DNA of 64,000 nt from a virus: the IMG/VR virus record IMGVR_UViG_3300012642_000011, positions 320,001 to 384,000 of that record; one strand, given 5' to 3'. The translations under genes and the position numbers were made by a program. How positions within the stretch are numbered: position 1 is the first letter of the stretch; each line of letters opens with the position of its first letter. The notes under the pieces are model-generated. The model worked only from the letters and a program-made list of their open reading frames with translations, ran no database searches and was not told the origin of the DNA. Positions 25,793 through 36,209 of this stretch are shown in pieces.

Positions 25793-27873
25793 TTTGTTTG
25801 AATTGATTCAGTAATTACAATATCCTTATTTTCGTTTACAGAGATGACAATTCCGTGCGAAGAATTATTATCTCTTGTCTCAAGGTATTCAGCAAGAGCA
25901 TGGGAGATGACTTTAGATGTCTCTCGCTTGATTTCTCTTGCGCCATACTTATTGATCTGAGATTTCTCAATGATGATGTCAAGAATGCTGTGATCAAAGT
26001 CCTCAATGTGAACATCAGAATTCCTTTTCATTCTTTCTGACAGAGTATTGATTTCCTTCTGAGCAATAAGGTAACCCGTTTTTTCATCAAGATTATTGAA
26101 GATGATCATTCCGTCAAGTCTGTTGAGGAACTCAGGTTTGAAGTTTTTCTCCATCTCTTTTCTGAAAGCATCCTTGGATTCTTTTTCAGCATTGTCCATG
26201 AAGTTTGACGGCTGGAACCCGGAGATCTTCTTAGCATTCGCAGAAGACTCAACTCCTGTATTGGTTGTGAGGACAATAATAGACTTGGAAAAGTCAACAA
26301 CGTCACCAGAGGATGATGTTGCCTTTCCCTCATCAAGAACGCTCATGAACGCCATCCAAATGTCCTCGTGCGCCTTTTCTACCTCATCAAGAAGGATCAC
26401 TGTACGCGGATTGTCCTTGACAAACTTTGTCAAAATGCCGCCACCGTTCTCATCGAAGCCAGCATAGCCAGGAGGAGCACCGAAGAGTGATGATACCTTG
26501 TGCTTTTCAGTGTATTCAGACATGTTGATGAAAAGGAAACTCATCTTCTCGTCAGCAATGTTCTCAGCAATCTGCTTTGCCGCTTCTGTCTTTCCTGTTC
26601 CTGTAGGTCCAGCGAAGAGGAATGATCTCAAAGGCTTCTGGTCATCAGTGAGGCCATTGGTAGCAATCTTAAGGCTATCGACAATCTGTTTGAGTGCTTC
26701 ATCCTGACCTATAATCTTGTCTGAAAGAATTTTGTACAAGTCAGATGACTTCTTGTAAGAGATGGGGTTCAACTTAACAATGTCACTGACAATCTTTCCA
26801 TCAGCAAAGTGATCTGCTACTTTGACAAGTGAAGGCTTTCCTTCATCGTCGTAAAGATCTTCATTCTGTGCAAGAACATAGTTACCCGCAATTTTCTGTG
26901 TAATGATGATCCAGATGGAAGGCGAGAGCACTGAGAAACCATCATGATATGCAGCACTCTTTCCGACCTTTTCCTCTACAGCATTGATAGCAATCCTGAT
27001 GTCTTCCTTAGTGAAGTCAATCTTGAACTTTTCATTGATGTACTTATTGGTATTGTGGTACAAATAGTCCTCAATGAAGTTCTTCTCAAGCGGGATATCT
27101 GCATCGCTTACTTCCCAATTGTCATCTTCGCTAACGCCCTCATTCAAGAACTCTACAAGGTGTTCTTTCTCACCATAGATGATGATCTTCGCATCGCTCT
27201 TGAGCAATGAGACAGCCTGTGCAACAGTTGGGGAATCTGTCACTACGCAGATAGAGGAATCCTCAATGGCATGGTCATCTGTTACTTTCTCAAAGATGAA
27301 GTTAAAAAGATCGCTCGCATCGATGTCTACACTGTCTTCATCGACAGTGTTAATGTTGAAGTAATCCGAAGGGAACTCATCTTCATCATTCTCTTTGACA
27401 TCATTCTTTTTGAATCGAGAAATAAGTCCCTTAATATGCTTTGCAGCCTTGGAGTATGATTCTTCCTCGTGTGTGAGATTTTCCTCTCTCACATCATCGT
27501 CATCATTGGAATCCTCATCTGTGGATTCATCATTGTTTACAGAGGAAGCAAAGGCGCGAGAGAAAATCTGCAAGTTCTCATCGTCAATATGAACAAATCT
27601 CATATCTGAATCTTCATCGATCCTCGTGGAATAGCGAGAGAAGTCAGAAACGAACTGATGGGTAAGGAAACGGGAAGATAGTTTATCATCTGCAAGTACA
27701 CAGATTCTGCCGGATTCATAGAATCCGACAGCCATCTCGTCTATTTCTTCTTTATAATTTTTAGGAAGTTGCGAGATCTCCATAGGTGAAAATCCATTAT
27801 CTTTCATCGTGACATCCAGTGTTACTACGGAAGTGTTTTCTGTTGTTTCATTGGCGAAGTTTGTCACTCGCAA
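25789..27873 (-). CDS. Clp/Hsp100-like AAA+ ATPase (single D2-type module) with a ~380-aa acidic N-terminal region of unknown function
   Basis: Walker A FAGPTGTGKTE, Walker B VILLDEVEKAH, sensor 1 IVLTTN and the ClpB/ClpC-type FKPEFLNRLD segment. No recognisable Clp N-domain or ClpP-binding loop is visible. Confidence 0.7.
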   Translation of the reverse strand: MRVTNFANETTENTSVVTLDVTMKDNGFSPMEISQLPKNYKEEIDEMAVGFYESGRICVLADDKLSSRFLTHQFVSDFSRYSTRIDEDSDMRFVHIDDENLQIFSRAFASSVNNDESTDEDSNDDDDVREENLTHEEESYSKAAKHIKGLISRFKKNDVKENDEDEFPSDYFNINTVDEDSVDIDASDLFNFIFEKVTDDHAIEDSSICVVTDSPTVAQAVSLLKSDAKIIIYGEKEHLVEFLNEGVSEDDNWEVSDADIPLEKNFIEDYLYHNTNKYINEKFKIDFTKEDIRIAINAVEEKVGKSAAYHDGFSVLSPSIWIIITQKIAGNYVLAQNEDLYDDEGKPSLVKVADHFADGKIVSDIVKLNPISYKKSSDLYKILSDKIIGQDEALKQIVDSLKIATNGLTDDQKPLRSFLFAGPTGTGKTEAAKQIAENIADEKMSFLFINMSEYTEKHKVSSLFGAPPGYAGFDENGGGILTKFVKDNPRTVILLDEVEKAHEDIWMAFMSVLDEGKATSSSGDVVDFSKSIIVLTTNTGVESSANAKKISGFQPSNFMDNAEKESKDAFRKEMEKNFKPEFLNRLDGMIIFNNLDEKTGYLIAQKEINTLSERMKRNSDVHIEDFDHSILDIIIEKSQINKYGAREIKRETSKVISHALAEYLETRDNNSSHGIVISVNENKDIVITESIQTK

Positions 27874-27930
27874 CCTCTTTCTTCTGTCTTATGTGCTTAT
27901 GTTCAGCATTGTATCAAAAACAGTAGAAGA

Positions 27931-28872
27931 TCACTCACTCTCCCTGTACTTTCTCTCTTCAAGGAGAGTAGCAAGCCTGTTGACGTACTCCTGAAGGCTA
28001 GTGATCTGATCGTACATCTGGTCAAGTGAAGAGCCAGGAACAGCGTCAACAATCACTTCAGGATCAGGGAAGGTCTCGGAGGAGATAGCCATGTTGGAGA
28101 GGTTGCTCAGCACATACATTACTTCTGGTGAAACTCCACCTTCGCCCTTGATTTGAACATCAATGAACTCACCATCTGCAGATGAAGTGATGTTGTCAGG
28201 AGCGTCTGGTGTGAACCCTTCACTGTCCTTATTGGTTTCCTTTCCATCATGCTCTTCAAGGAAAGCATCTGCAGCCATTTCAAGGCCCTTACTGATGCCG
28301 TCAGCCTCCGCTTCAGCCAATGACTTCTCCTTGGCCTCAATAGCCTTCTTGTCTTCTTTCTGCTGCTCTTTCTTTTTCTTCATCATCTCTTCAAGGAAGT
28401 CTTCTGCCTCTTCTGCAGTCTTACCTTCTGTGGCTTCTCTCACCTCATCAGTGATGCGAGGAAGTTCCTTCTTGATAGCGATAGCCTGAGCTTGTGTCAA
28501 CTTTACCTTTGTTCCTTCAGGTGTTGCTTGCTCAAGTTCACGGATGACTCTTGACATGTCAAGAAGTCTATAACTGGTTTGTGGAGAGATTTCGAACTCT
28601 GTCTGCACATACTCTTTCCACGTATTGTAGCCAAGAATTCTGTATGCCTTGCCATCGTGTGCTCTAGCAAGAAGAATATAAAGAGCATCTGAAGTTGATC
28701 TGATTGCTGTAGTGAGGTCTTCTGCTTCCTCACGACTCATGGTTGCAGAACTTTCAATGATGTCATTGACATCTGAGATCATTGAATCATCTACTTCAAT
28801 TACTTCACCGGAAAAGTCCTCTTCTTGATCTTCAAGTTCAAGGTCTTCAATACTGTCGAGAATGTCATCCAT
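27931..28872 (-). CDS. hypothetical acidic protein with coiled-coil character
   Basis: ORF with SD AAAGGAGAA upstream. Confidence 0.5.
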   Translation of the reverse strand: MDDILDSIEDLELEDQEEDFSGEVIEVDDSMISDVNDIIESSATMSREEAEDLTTAIRSTSDALYILLARAHDGKAYRILGYNTWKEYVQTEFEISPQTSYRLLDMSRVIRELEQATPEGTKVKLTQAQAIAIKKELPRITDEVREATEGKTAEEAEDFLEEMMKKKKEQQKEDKKAIEAKEKSLAEAEADGISKGLEMAADAFLEEHDGKETNKDSEGFTPDAPDNITSSADGEFIDVQIKGEGGVSPEVMYVLSNLSNMAISSETFPDPEVIVDAVPGSSLDQMYDQITSLQEYVNRLATLLEERKYRESE

Positions 28873-28905
28873 GGGTTTTCTCCTTTGTCATAAAACTTTC
28901 CCCTA

Positions 28906-29571
28906 TCATAGCAAAACTGTTTTTAATACTATGATCAATGCAGGCCAGATAAAAATGGGCACCATGGGGAATGAAATTTTAGTAGTCAATATCTTTACCT
29001 CTTTATTCCTGATTTTAAAAATCAATGTATAACCAATGAGGAAAAAGAGGAATAAGTAGAGGTAGTAATTCAAACCTTGCACACCTGCAATGGGAACAAT
29101 GGAAGCACAGACAAGGATCATTGCTCTGGTATCAGACATTCCAATACCTTTGAAGAGGATTCCCAGTCCTACAATAATAAGAACAAGCAGGTAGAACATG
29201 AATGAGGACATCATATCGTTTGCCGCGTAATCCCATAAGGCGCAAGCAATCACAGAAACATAACCCATGATAAGTGTCCATCTGTATGCTCTTCTCACCT
29301 TGAAGTCAGTGACTGTTTGTACTGATGTGTACACAAGAGAAGAGGTTACAGCAGCAAGCAAAGCACTCAATGATGTAGAATTATTAATGTGATCTGCTAT
29401 AAAAAAGGACAAGCCAAAATTTGCAAGTAATGTGACACTAAGTGCAACAAGGTTGAGTTTCTTCCAATCAAATGGGTGCATTTTTTCACTCTTCATCCAT
29501 TTTTCTTGAGTCTTAAAACTGATGAAGAAAAGGAGAAGAGAAAAAATAACTGATAAACTAAGAAACAACAT
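28906..29571 (-). CDS. polytopic membrane protein (6-7 transmembrane segments), weakly prepilin-peptidase-like
   Basis: Hydrophobicity pattern across the protein. The motif GIGMSDTRAMIL resembles the A24 peptidase GxGDxK region only loosely. Confidence 0.45.
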   Translation of the reverse strand: MLFLSLSVIFSLLLFFISFKTQEKWMKSEKMHPFDWKKLNLVALSVTLLANFGLSFFIADHINNSTSLSALLAAVTSSLVYTSVQTVTDFKVRRAYRWTLIMGYVSVIACALWDYAANDMMSSFMFYLLVLIIVGLGILFKGIGMSDTRAMILVCASIVPIAGVQGLNYYLYLFLFFLIGYTLIFKIRNKEVKILTTKISFPMVPIFIWPALIIVLKTVLL

Positions 29572-29623
29572 GTGTCCGCCTTTAAATAACTATGGTATCG
29601 AATAAAAATATCAGATGTTTACA

Positions 29624-29662
29624 GCAAAATAGCACTGAGAAGAAAATCTCAGTGCTATTTTG
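29624..29662 (-). terminator. rho-independent terminator 3' of dnaN
   Basis: Hairpin AAAATAGCACTGAGA-N6-TCTCAGTGCTATTTT followed by a U-tract on the minus strand. Confidence 0.65.
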
Positions 29663-29674
29663 ATCAATGATCAA

Positions 29675-30838
29675 TCAGAGCGCGACAATACACACAGTGA
29701 AGATCTCTTCAATGTCATTTCCATCATTGTCTACACAGACAACCTGCATGACCTTTGATTGCTCCACCCACTTGATTTTCATGTTGGCGGTAGTGACAGG
29801 CAACATAGCCTTTCTCACAGCATCTCTGAGAACAGTGATCTCAATGTCTTCTTCAATCTCTGAATCAATGAGGTCAATATTAATGCTGTTATTGTCATCA
29901 ATGTCACTCATGCTCATCTTAGAATTCTTGATGACAACCTTTAGATTCTTGGTGTTAGAATCCAAAGAAAGGTTGGAAATAGCGTTCAATGCTTTCTCAA
30001 AATCCTTCTTGCTGAATGTAGCAGACTGATTCGTTTTTTCAGCAGCCGCCTTCATCTGTTCGGAAGGCTTCATCATAACTTCATCAGAGTTGGTTGAGAA
30101 AAGGACGATTCTACCGTCACCGAAGGAATAACCGAATCCCATATTGGTAGATGTAATCAATGCAACAGGAGACCCTACTGTCTTAGTGGAGTTGGCGATA
30201 GTAGCCTTGGAAGCAGGAAGAGCATATGTCAACTGCTGTTTTTTCTTTCCACCTGCTGTCTTTGCTGGCACGAAGGGAACTCTGACTTCACTGAATGCGA
30301 ACTTGTCTGTCGCAATAGCAATAACCTGTTCAGATCCTGTTTTCTCCATATCGAAAACAAACCCAACAGAGTTGACAAGTGTCAGCGTACTGGATGGATC
30401 GGAAATCTTGGACACTCTTGAAATGATTTCAAAGAACTCTGCTTCATCAACTTCACCAATAGTGATAATCTCTGGCTCTGATGGTGAGACTTGATCCAGA
30501 AGAGGAATATGGAACTTGTTTCCCCCTTGCGTTTTCACAAGAAGTTGGCTCTTCTGCTCTTCGATCTGCATTTCACCAGGAAAATCCTTGATGACTTTGG
30601 CAAGGTTCTTCACAAACTTGGCGTCCATGAGAATTTTTGTTTCCTCAAAATCACCATTGAAGTTGCTGATGTCAAGATTATCCTTTGCATATTGTGTACC
30701 ATCAAAGAAGTACACATGCGCTGAATCCTCTGAATCCAATGCCAAAATGACGGGATGTGTTTCCTTTAACGCTGCTCCCTGTGTAACCCAAGAAATTGCA
30801 TTGGAAAAATCTTCGGAATTTATTTTAAACTTCATCAA
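29675..30838 (-). CDS. dnaN: DNA polymerase III beta subunit (sliding clamp)
   Basis: 387 aa. The N-terminus MKFKINSEDFSNAISWVTQGAA...HPVILALDSED and the three-domain length match DnaN. Confidence 0.65.
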   Translation of the reverse strand: MMKFKINSEDFSNAISWVTQGAALKETHPVILALDSEDSAHVYFFDGTQYAKDNLDISNFNGDFEETKILMDAKFVKNLAKVIKDFPGEMQIEEQKSQLLVKTQGGNKFHIPLLDQVSPSEPEIITIGEVDEAEFFEIISRVSKISDPSSTLTLVNSVGFVFDMEKTGSEQVIAIATDKFAFSEVRVPFVPAKTAGGKKKQQLTYALPASKATIANSTKTVGSPVALITSTNMGFGYSFGDGRIVLFSTNSDEVMMKPSEQMKAAAEKTNQSATFSKKDFEKALNAISNLSLDSNTKNLKVVIKNSKMSMSDIDDNNSINIDLIDSEIEEDIEITVLRDAVRKAMLPVTTANMKIKWVEQSKVMQVVCVDNDGNDIEEIFTVCIVAL

Positions 30839-30883
30839 TGATACACTCCCTTTAAAATGGTCTAAACTTTACTTTATTATAGC

Positions 30884-30924
30884 GAAAGAGCAAGCCAATG
30901 AATGACTTGCTCTTTCGTTTTTTC
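30884..30924. terminator. hairpin plus T-run; on the minus strand it is followed by a GCTATAAT -10-like element ahead of dnaN
   Basis: Stem GAAAGAGCAAG...CTTGCTCTTTC followed by GTTTTTTC. Confidence 0.5.
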
Positions 30925-30931
30925 AAAATTG

Positions 30932-33421
30932 TCAATTGACCATCTTGAGAACAATCTCCTTCTGCGTTCCCACAGCAAGTTTCTCCCCAGCAGGAATTGA
31001 CTGTTCACCGATCACACCGGATGGGAGACCATTCTGAGAAGCAATCTTCTCCTTGCTTACATTGGACTTGACGCCAGTTGACCTCAACGTATCCAATGCC
31101 TGCTCAGGAGACATACCCACTACGGAAGGAACTGTAAAGAAATCCTTTCGCTCAACAGGGACATTGACACGATCAGTGCTGGTGTTGTTGAAGTCAAGAG
31201 GAACAGGTGTAGTTCCCTTGAGTACATCCTTCATCACAGATGATCCAGCAATCACAGCAGTGCTTGTACCTGCACGGCCACCACGGAACCAGAAGTTTCC
31301 ATTCACACCACGAGTCATCTTATCCATGTCAGTGATGTTGATGAAGAGAGAATAATTCTTGGAAACCTGACCCCATGTGTAGTTGTAGTTCTGGTTAGTA
31401 CCAGACTTTCCTACAGCATCATAACCGGGAACGTTACCCATCAAACCGAAGGCATTGTCAACATGACCAGGTACAGTGTTTGCTCGCATAGCACGAAGAA
31501 CAGTGGACGCTGTTCTAGGACTCATAGCCGCACGGCAACTAGTGTCTTCAGGGTTATAACTCTCAGGAACAACGGGTGAAGTTCCATCAGAGTATTCATA
31601 ACTCTTCACTGATGTAGGAGGACAGTACACACCTTCATTAGCGAAGGCGGCATAGGCAGCAGCCATATCAATAGTAGAGTTTCCTGTAGCACCAAGGACA
31701 TAGGACATTGACCTGTTAGTGACGTTCTCAGGAGTATGCAGACCGAGTGAATCTGTCATTTTAAAGACAGGCTCAAGACCAACAAACTCTCCATTGGGAT
31801 AAGCAATCTTCTCAGCAAGGGCAGTGAACCATGTGTTTGATGAGTAAGCAGTAGCCTGCTCAAAGTTCAAATTCTGTGACTGAAGTTTGCTACAACCAAG
31901 GCTGTTACTGAATCCGCCACTAGGCTCATCGAAGTCACTGAAATAAAGAGGACATGGTGTGGAGAATTCCAACTGCTGTGGAGACATGCCATTTTCAAGA
32001 GCAGCAGCAAGTGTGAACATCTTGTAAGCAGAACCTGTACCTGTCCTGACAGAAGGAACATCGATAGTGGTCTTTCCGTCACCATCTCCGTATTCTCTGT
32101 TCACATCAGCGGCAAGGATTCCACCTGTTCCGGGCTGGACGATAGCAGTAGGGGCAACGACACGATTCTCATAACCAAAGTCACTCTTCAGTCGATTGGT
32201 TACCTTGTCCTGAACCTTAGGATCAAGATAAGTATGAATATGCAATCCGCCCTTATCAATGACAATAGCACGCTCTTCCTCAGTCTCTCCAAGACGAGGT
32301 GAATTGCTCAATTCTTTAAGGACACGCTCACAATAAGACTCATACTCGGATGAGGTACAGTTTCCTGTAGAAGACTTCTTGTAGACAAGGTTCAACGGAG
32401 TCGCATAAAACTCCTCAACCTTATCCTTGTCAATATGGCCCTCATCGGCCATTCTTGACAAGACCTCATTCTGACGTTCTTTAATCTTGATTGTTGTCTT
32501 CTTCTGAGCCTCATCAATGTTTCCCTTCTCGATCTCCTTGTCGAGATACATTCTTGCCTGCTTAGAAGACTTTTCTACATAGATCTTAGAGTACTCGTTG
32601 AAAACATCCTTGTTGACCTTGTTGAGATTTAGGCTAACTGGATTCTGCACAGTACCTACAAGGACTGCGGCTTCAGCCACATCAAGATCCTTGGCAGACT
32701 TTCCAAAGAAGTACTTGGATGCTCCTTCAATGGAGTAAGTAGAGGGAGAGCCGAATGAAACAAGGTTCAAGTAGTTGAGAAGAATCTCATCCTTTGAGTG
32801 GTTCTTCTCATAATCAAGAGAAAACTTCAACTCCTGAATCTTACGACTTAAAGTTGCCTCAATAGCCTTTTCCTTGTTTTTTCCAGCCATGTCATAGAAC
32901 TGATAGTTCTTGATCAACTGCTGAGTAATACCAGATCCACCACCAGAACCACTAATGGCAGCACGTGCAGTTCCCACAGGGTCAAAACCACTGTGCTCAT
33001 AGAATCTCTTGTCCTCAGTGGAGATCAAAGCATTCTTTACGTTGTCACTCACCTTGTCGAGAGAATCAAGTACCACTCGATCCTGAGAATAGATTTCAGC
33101 GAAAGGCTCACCATTGATGTCATACATCACACTTCTCTGAGCAATGGTTGCATCAGGGAGACTTTCAGGAAGATTCTTATAACTCTCAACGCTCGGAGCA
33201 GCAATAGCCAAGGCAGGTGCCATCACGACAGATCCTGCTCCAAGTGCGGCAGTTCCAAAAACAAGACCTGCTGCGCCAAGAGTCAGCCATGTCTTCTTAG
33301 GAACACGCTTGTTAGCCACGGAATTGGGATCATACTCATCAGAGGGAAGACCCTTCTCCCCGAGCAATCCTGAGAGGTTAGTATCCTCTTCCTCTACTTT
33401 CCTGTCCTTGAAAAAACTCAC
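30932..33421 (-). CDS. class A penicillin-binding protein (glycosyltransferase GT51 plus transpeptidase) with a C-terminal PASTA domain
   Basis: N-terminal transmembrane anchor. GT51 motifs EDKRFYEHSGFD and GGSGITQQL. Transpeptidase motifs GSAYK (SxxK), SSN and KSGT. The C-terminal ~70 aa is PASTA-like. Confidence 0.8.
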   Translation of the reverse strand: MSFFKDRKVEEEDTNLSGLLGEKGLPSDEYDPNSVANKRVPKKTWLTLGAAGLVFGTAALGAGSVVMAPALAIAAPSVESYKNLPESLPDATIAQRSVMYDINGEPFAEIYSQDRVVLDSLDKVSDNVKNALISTEDKRFYEHSGFDPVGTARAAISGSGGGSGITQQLIKNYQFYDMAGKNKEKAIEATLSRKIQELKFSLDYEKNHSKDEILLNYLNLVSFGSPSTYSIEGASKYFFGKSAKDLDVAEAAVLVGTVQNPVSLNLNKVNKDVFNEYSKIYVEKSSKQARMYLDKEIEKGNIDEAQKKTTIKIKERQNEVLSRMADEGHIDKDKVEEFYATPLNLVYKKSSTGNCTSSEYESYCERVLKELSNSPRLGETEEERAIVIDKGGLHIHTYLDPKVQDKVTNRLKSDFGYENRVVAPTAIVQPGTGGILAADVNREYGDGDGKTTIDVPSVRTGTGSAYKMFTLAAALENGMSPQQLEFSTPCPLYFSDFDEPSGGFSNSLGCSKLQSQNLNFEQATAYSSNTWFTALAEKIAYPNGEFVGLEPVFKMTDSLGLHTPENVTNRSMSYVLGATGNSTIDMAAAYAAFANEGVYCPPTSVKSYEYSDGTSPVVPESYNPEDTSCRAAMSPRTASTVLRAMRANTVPGHVDNAFGLMGNVPGYDAVGKSGTNQNYNYTWGQVSKNYSLFINITDMDKMTRGVNGNFWFRGGRAGTSTAVIAGSSVMKDVLKGTTPVPLDFNNTSTDRVNVPVERKDFFTVPSVVGMSPEQALDTLRSTGVKSNVSKEKIASQNGLPSGVIGEQSIPAGEKLAVGTQKEIVLKMVN

Positions 33422-33494
33422 TATTTCTTCCTAACTCTACGGTCTGGTTTGTACCTATGATAGCAAAGAGATCAGAAGAACACAAGTTGAATCA

Positions 33495-34211
33495 TTAGTC
33501 TTTGCTGAACATGTCTAACAAATCAGAGTCCTTCTTGTCTTCCAACACGATTACTGAATCCTTGAAAATCTCCTGAAGAATATCCTCTGCCCCTTCAATG
33601 TTTCCACAGAACTCATGGAAATCAATAGAAGATGAAACAATCAGGAATAATTCATTACTATAGATATGTTCAATCAATCTCTTCATAAAAGAAAGTTCTC
33701 TTGGATCGTAATGATCTCTAATCACGCCTGTAAGGACGTAGACTCTTTTATTCTTTGCGAAAAGTTTATCAACTTCTTTCTTACCCTCAAAACCTGATTT
33801 GGACAGGGCAGAAAGAGACTCTTCGTTAACAAAAGCAAAGTTCTCAAACCTCGCTCTGCCACCACTGACAAATCTTCTCCCGAGAGCATAACATATATCC
33901 ATCATCTCTGTTGTTGACCCATGACAGATGTAGACAGATGACACGCCTTTTTCATCTATGAGATCTTTGATCCTTTGCGCATTCTCTTCAGGTAGATTAT
34001 TGACTGTTACTTTTGACCATCTTTGTGGCACGCTTCGCACCCACTCCATCAAAGACTCTTTTCGTCTCTGTTTCTCAATGTCCCTGTTGACCTTGCCAAC
34101 ACCGCGCCTGATAGACTCTTTGACCTCTTTGAAAGACTCATAATCAGTCTCATTGTGGTTTACTGCCATCCTTCTTTCAGATACTCTGATTTCTGAGAGA
34201 TCCTTTGTCAT
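33495..34211 (-). CDS. hypothetical protein (238 aa), possibly a degenerate helicase-loader-like protein
   Basis: ORF located 3' of dnaB. The weak P-loop-like segment ICHGSTTE is not convincing. Confidence 0.4.
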   Translation of the reverse strand: MTKDLSEIRVSERRMAVNHNETDYESFKEVKESIRRGVGKVNRDIEKQRRKESLMEWVRSVPQRWSKVTVNNLPEENAQRIKDLIDEKGVSSVYICHGSTTEMMDICYALGRRFVSGGRARFENFAFVNEESLSALSKSGFEGKKEVDKLFAKNKRVYVLTGVIRDHYDPRELSFMKRLIEHIYSNELFLIVSSSIDFHEFCGNIEGAEDILQEIFKDSVIVLEDKKDSDLLDMFSKD

Positions 34212-34675
34212 GACGCCTTCCTCCTTCTATTGCGCGGGGATGCAGAATGTGATTCAGGAGACACTCCTGAAGTTGATCTTTTCTTAACATTTCTTGTTCG
34301 CTGAGTTGGCTTTTTATTCCTACTCCTCATTTGATCTAAAGATGATAGTGTATACTGATTGATGTCTCTCCTGTGATCAACAGCAAGATCAATCATCTCC
34401 ACTAACTTCCTCTCACTCCAATCCCCATTAAGCACCATAATCCTATACGTGTTCTTTACATCTGCCATGAATCGAGCAATCTCAGATTGAGACTTTTTAC
34501 TGAAGAGTTTCCTATACTTCTTAGCCGGTTCTTCGTTCTGGATATAAGTAAGAAATAAAGATAAGAAAGCATTCACCTTGTCTTCTGTTTCAGACTTCTT
34601 GAGAGCAGAAGCAATCTTATCATCTTCATCCAGACGCATAACATCTAGTAATCCATTAAAATCTGTCTGTGTCAT
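34208..34675 (-). CDS. hypothetical protein with a basic C-terminus (155 aa)
   Basis: ORF overlapping both neighbours by 4 nt. Confidence 0.45.
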   Translation of the reverse strand: MTQTDFNGLLDVMRLDEDDKIASALKKSETEDKVNAFLSLFLTYIQNEEPAKKYRKLFSKKSQSEIARFMADVKNTYRIMVLNGDWSERKLVEMIDLAVDHRRDINQYTLSSLDQMRSRNKKPTQRTRNVKKRSTSGVSPESHSASPRNRRRKAS

Positions 34676-36147
34676 AGGAAATCACTCACATCGTCATCAT
34701 CGAAATCGAAATCTTCAAAATCACTGCCCTCATCTCCTGCACTTTCTTCAATCTCTTCATCAATGTTATCAATCGAATCCTCTGTTTTAATCTCATCAAA
34801 TCGAGAATATTGGAGATTGGAATGACAATGGATGAATTTCTGCGATTCACCATCTCTGTTCTTTGCAAGGATGACTGTTGTCTTTGGTGTTGACCCATCC
34901 TTTGAAGGCTCTCTATGGAGAAGAATAACGATATCAGAATCCTGTCCCAAAGATCCAGACTCACGAATGTCATCAATCTTTGGCAGTTTATCCTCTTCTT
35001 CACTTTCGTTGCCGCTTGATCTCTTCAACTGAGCGAGCACCATCACAGGAACGCCAAGACTCTTTGCAATCAACTTCATATCTCTAGAGATTTCAGCAAC
35101 CTGTTCCTGACGGCTTCCATGTTTGCCTTTAGGTGTGATCAACTGAAGATAATCAATGATCACCATGTCTAATCCTGCCTCAGACTGTGCTTGACGATCA
35201 CAACGCGCACGAATGGAATCAGTAGTCAACTTCTCATCCGTATCAATTTTAATCTTCATGTCTTTAAATCGCTCAAGAGCAACGTCCAAGTTCTCTTGAT
35301 CTTCCTCATCAATATTTCCACTCTTCAAATTGTTCAAGGAAACGTTTGAAAGGCAAGAAACAATCCTGTCAACAATGGACGCATGTCCCATCTCCAATGA
35401 GAAGAAGAGAACAGATTTTCCTGCCGATGCAGCGCTCACGGCAGACATGACAGCAAAAACGGACTTACCAACACCAGTACGAGCACCCACTGTAATCAAC
35501 TGGCTATCTTGCCAGCCTCGCGTGTACTTGTCTAAAGTGTCTAACCACGAGGGGATTCCTTGCAACCCATTGGCAAGTTCCTTGTTCTCCTCTGCCTTGA
35601 TCTTCCTATCCTCAAGTATTTCATTGTAATTCTCAAGATACTCAGACAAGTCGGTTGTTGTAGCATTATCAGAAAGACTGATCAATTCCGTGTTGAAACT
35701 GCTCATCATACCAGAGATGGTCTCAGATGCTGTCACTCCTGAATCAAGCGAAAGGAAATCTTTGTTTTCCTCAAGTACCTTTTTGATTCTATTCTTTGTG
35801 GCGAACTCACTGACGACAGAAGAAAGTCTTTCTATTGTTGACTTTGTAGCGTACTCTTCGCCCTCGCTAGTCAATGAGTAAATTGCTGAAATACCACCAA
35901 TGGTTTCAAGATTGTTGGATCTTGCAAGTTCTTGGCTAACAGTATACTGGTTGATGTCACTGTCTGTTCTGGACAACTGGAAAATAGCATAGAAAATACT
36001 CTCCATGACTGGATCTTCGAAGTCTTCATAACTGACAATCTCAAGAGCTCTTTTAGATTCACTGCTATCATAGAGTAAAGACGCAACCAACTGTCTCTGC
36101 GCCAAATCATACAACTCTTTAGATTTGTCAGTCATCTCCAAAACCAC
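34672..36147 (-). CDS. dnaB: replicative DNA helicase DnaB
   Basis: Walker A GARTGVGKS and motifs FSLEM, IIDYLQL, QLKRS and ESGSLGQDSD. The acidic C-terminal tail ends DDDDVSDFL. Confidence 0.85.
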   Translation of the reverse strand: MVLEMTDKSKELYDLAQRQLVASLLYDSSESKRALEIVSYEDFEDPVMESIFYAIFQLSRTDSDINQYTVSQELARSNNLETIGGISAIYSLTSEGEEYATKSTIERLSSVVSEFATKNRIKKVLEENKDFLSLDSGVTASETISGMMSSFNTELISLSDNATTTDLSEYLENYNEILEDRKIKAEENKELANGLQGIPSWLDTLDKYTRGWQDSQLITVGARTGVGKSVFAVMSAVSAASAGKSVLFFSLEMGHASIVDRIVSCLSNVSLNNLKSGNIDEEDQENLDVALERFKDMKIKIDTDEKLTTDSIRARCDRQAQSEAGLDMVIIDYLQLITPKGKHGSRQEQVAEISRDMKLIAKSLGVPVMVLAQLKRSSGNESEEEDKLPKIDDIRESGSLGQDSDIVILLHREPSKDGSTPKTTVILAKNRDGESQKFIHCHSNLQYSRFDEIKTEDSIDNIDEEIEESAGDEGSDFEDFDFDDDDVSDFL

Positions 36148-36209
36148 CCCTATAAAAATTCTTCCGATTGAGATTCTATCAAAATCGCCGTCTGATCAGT
36201 TACTGTCTT

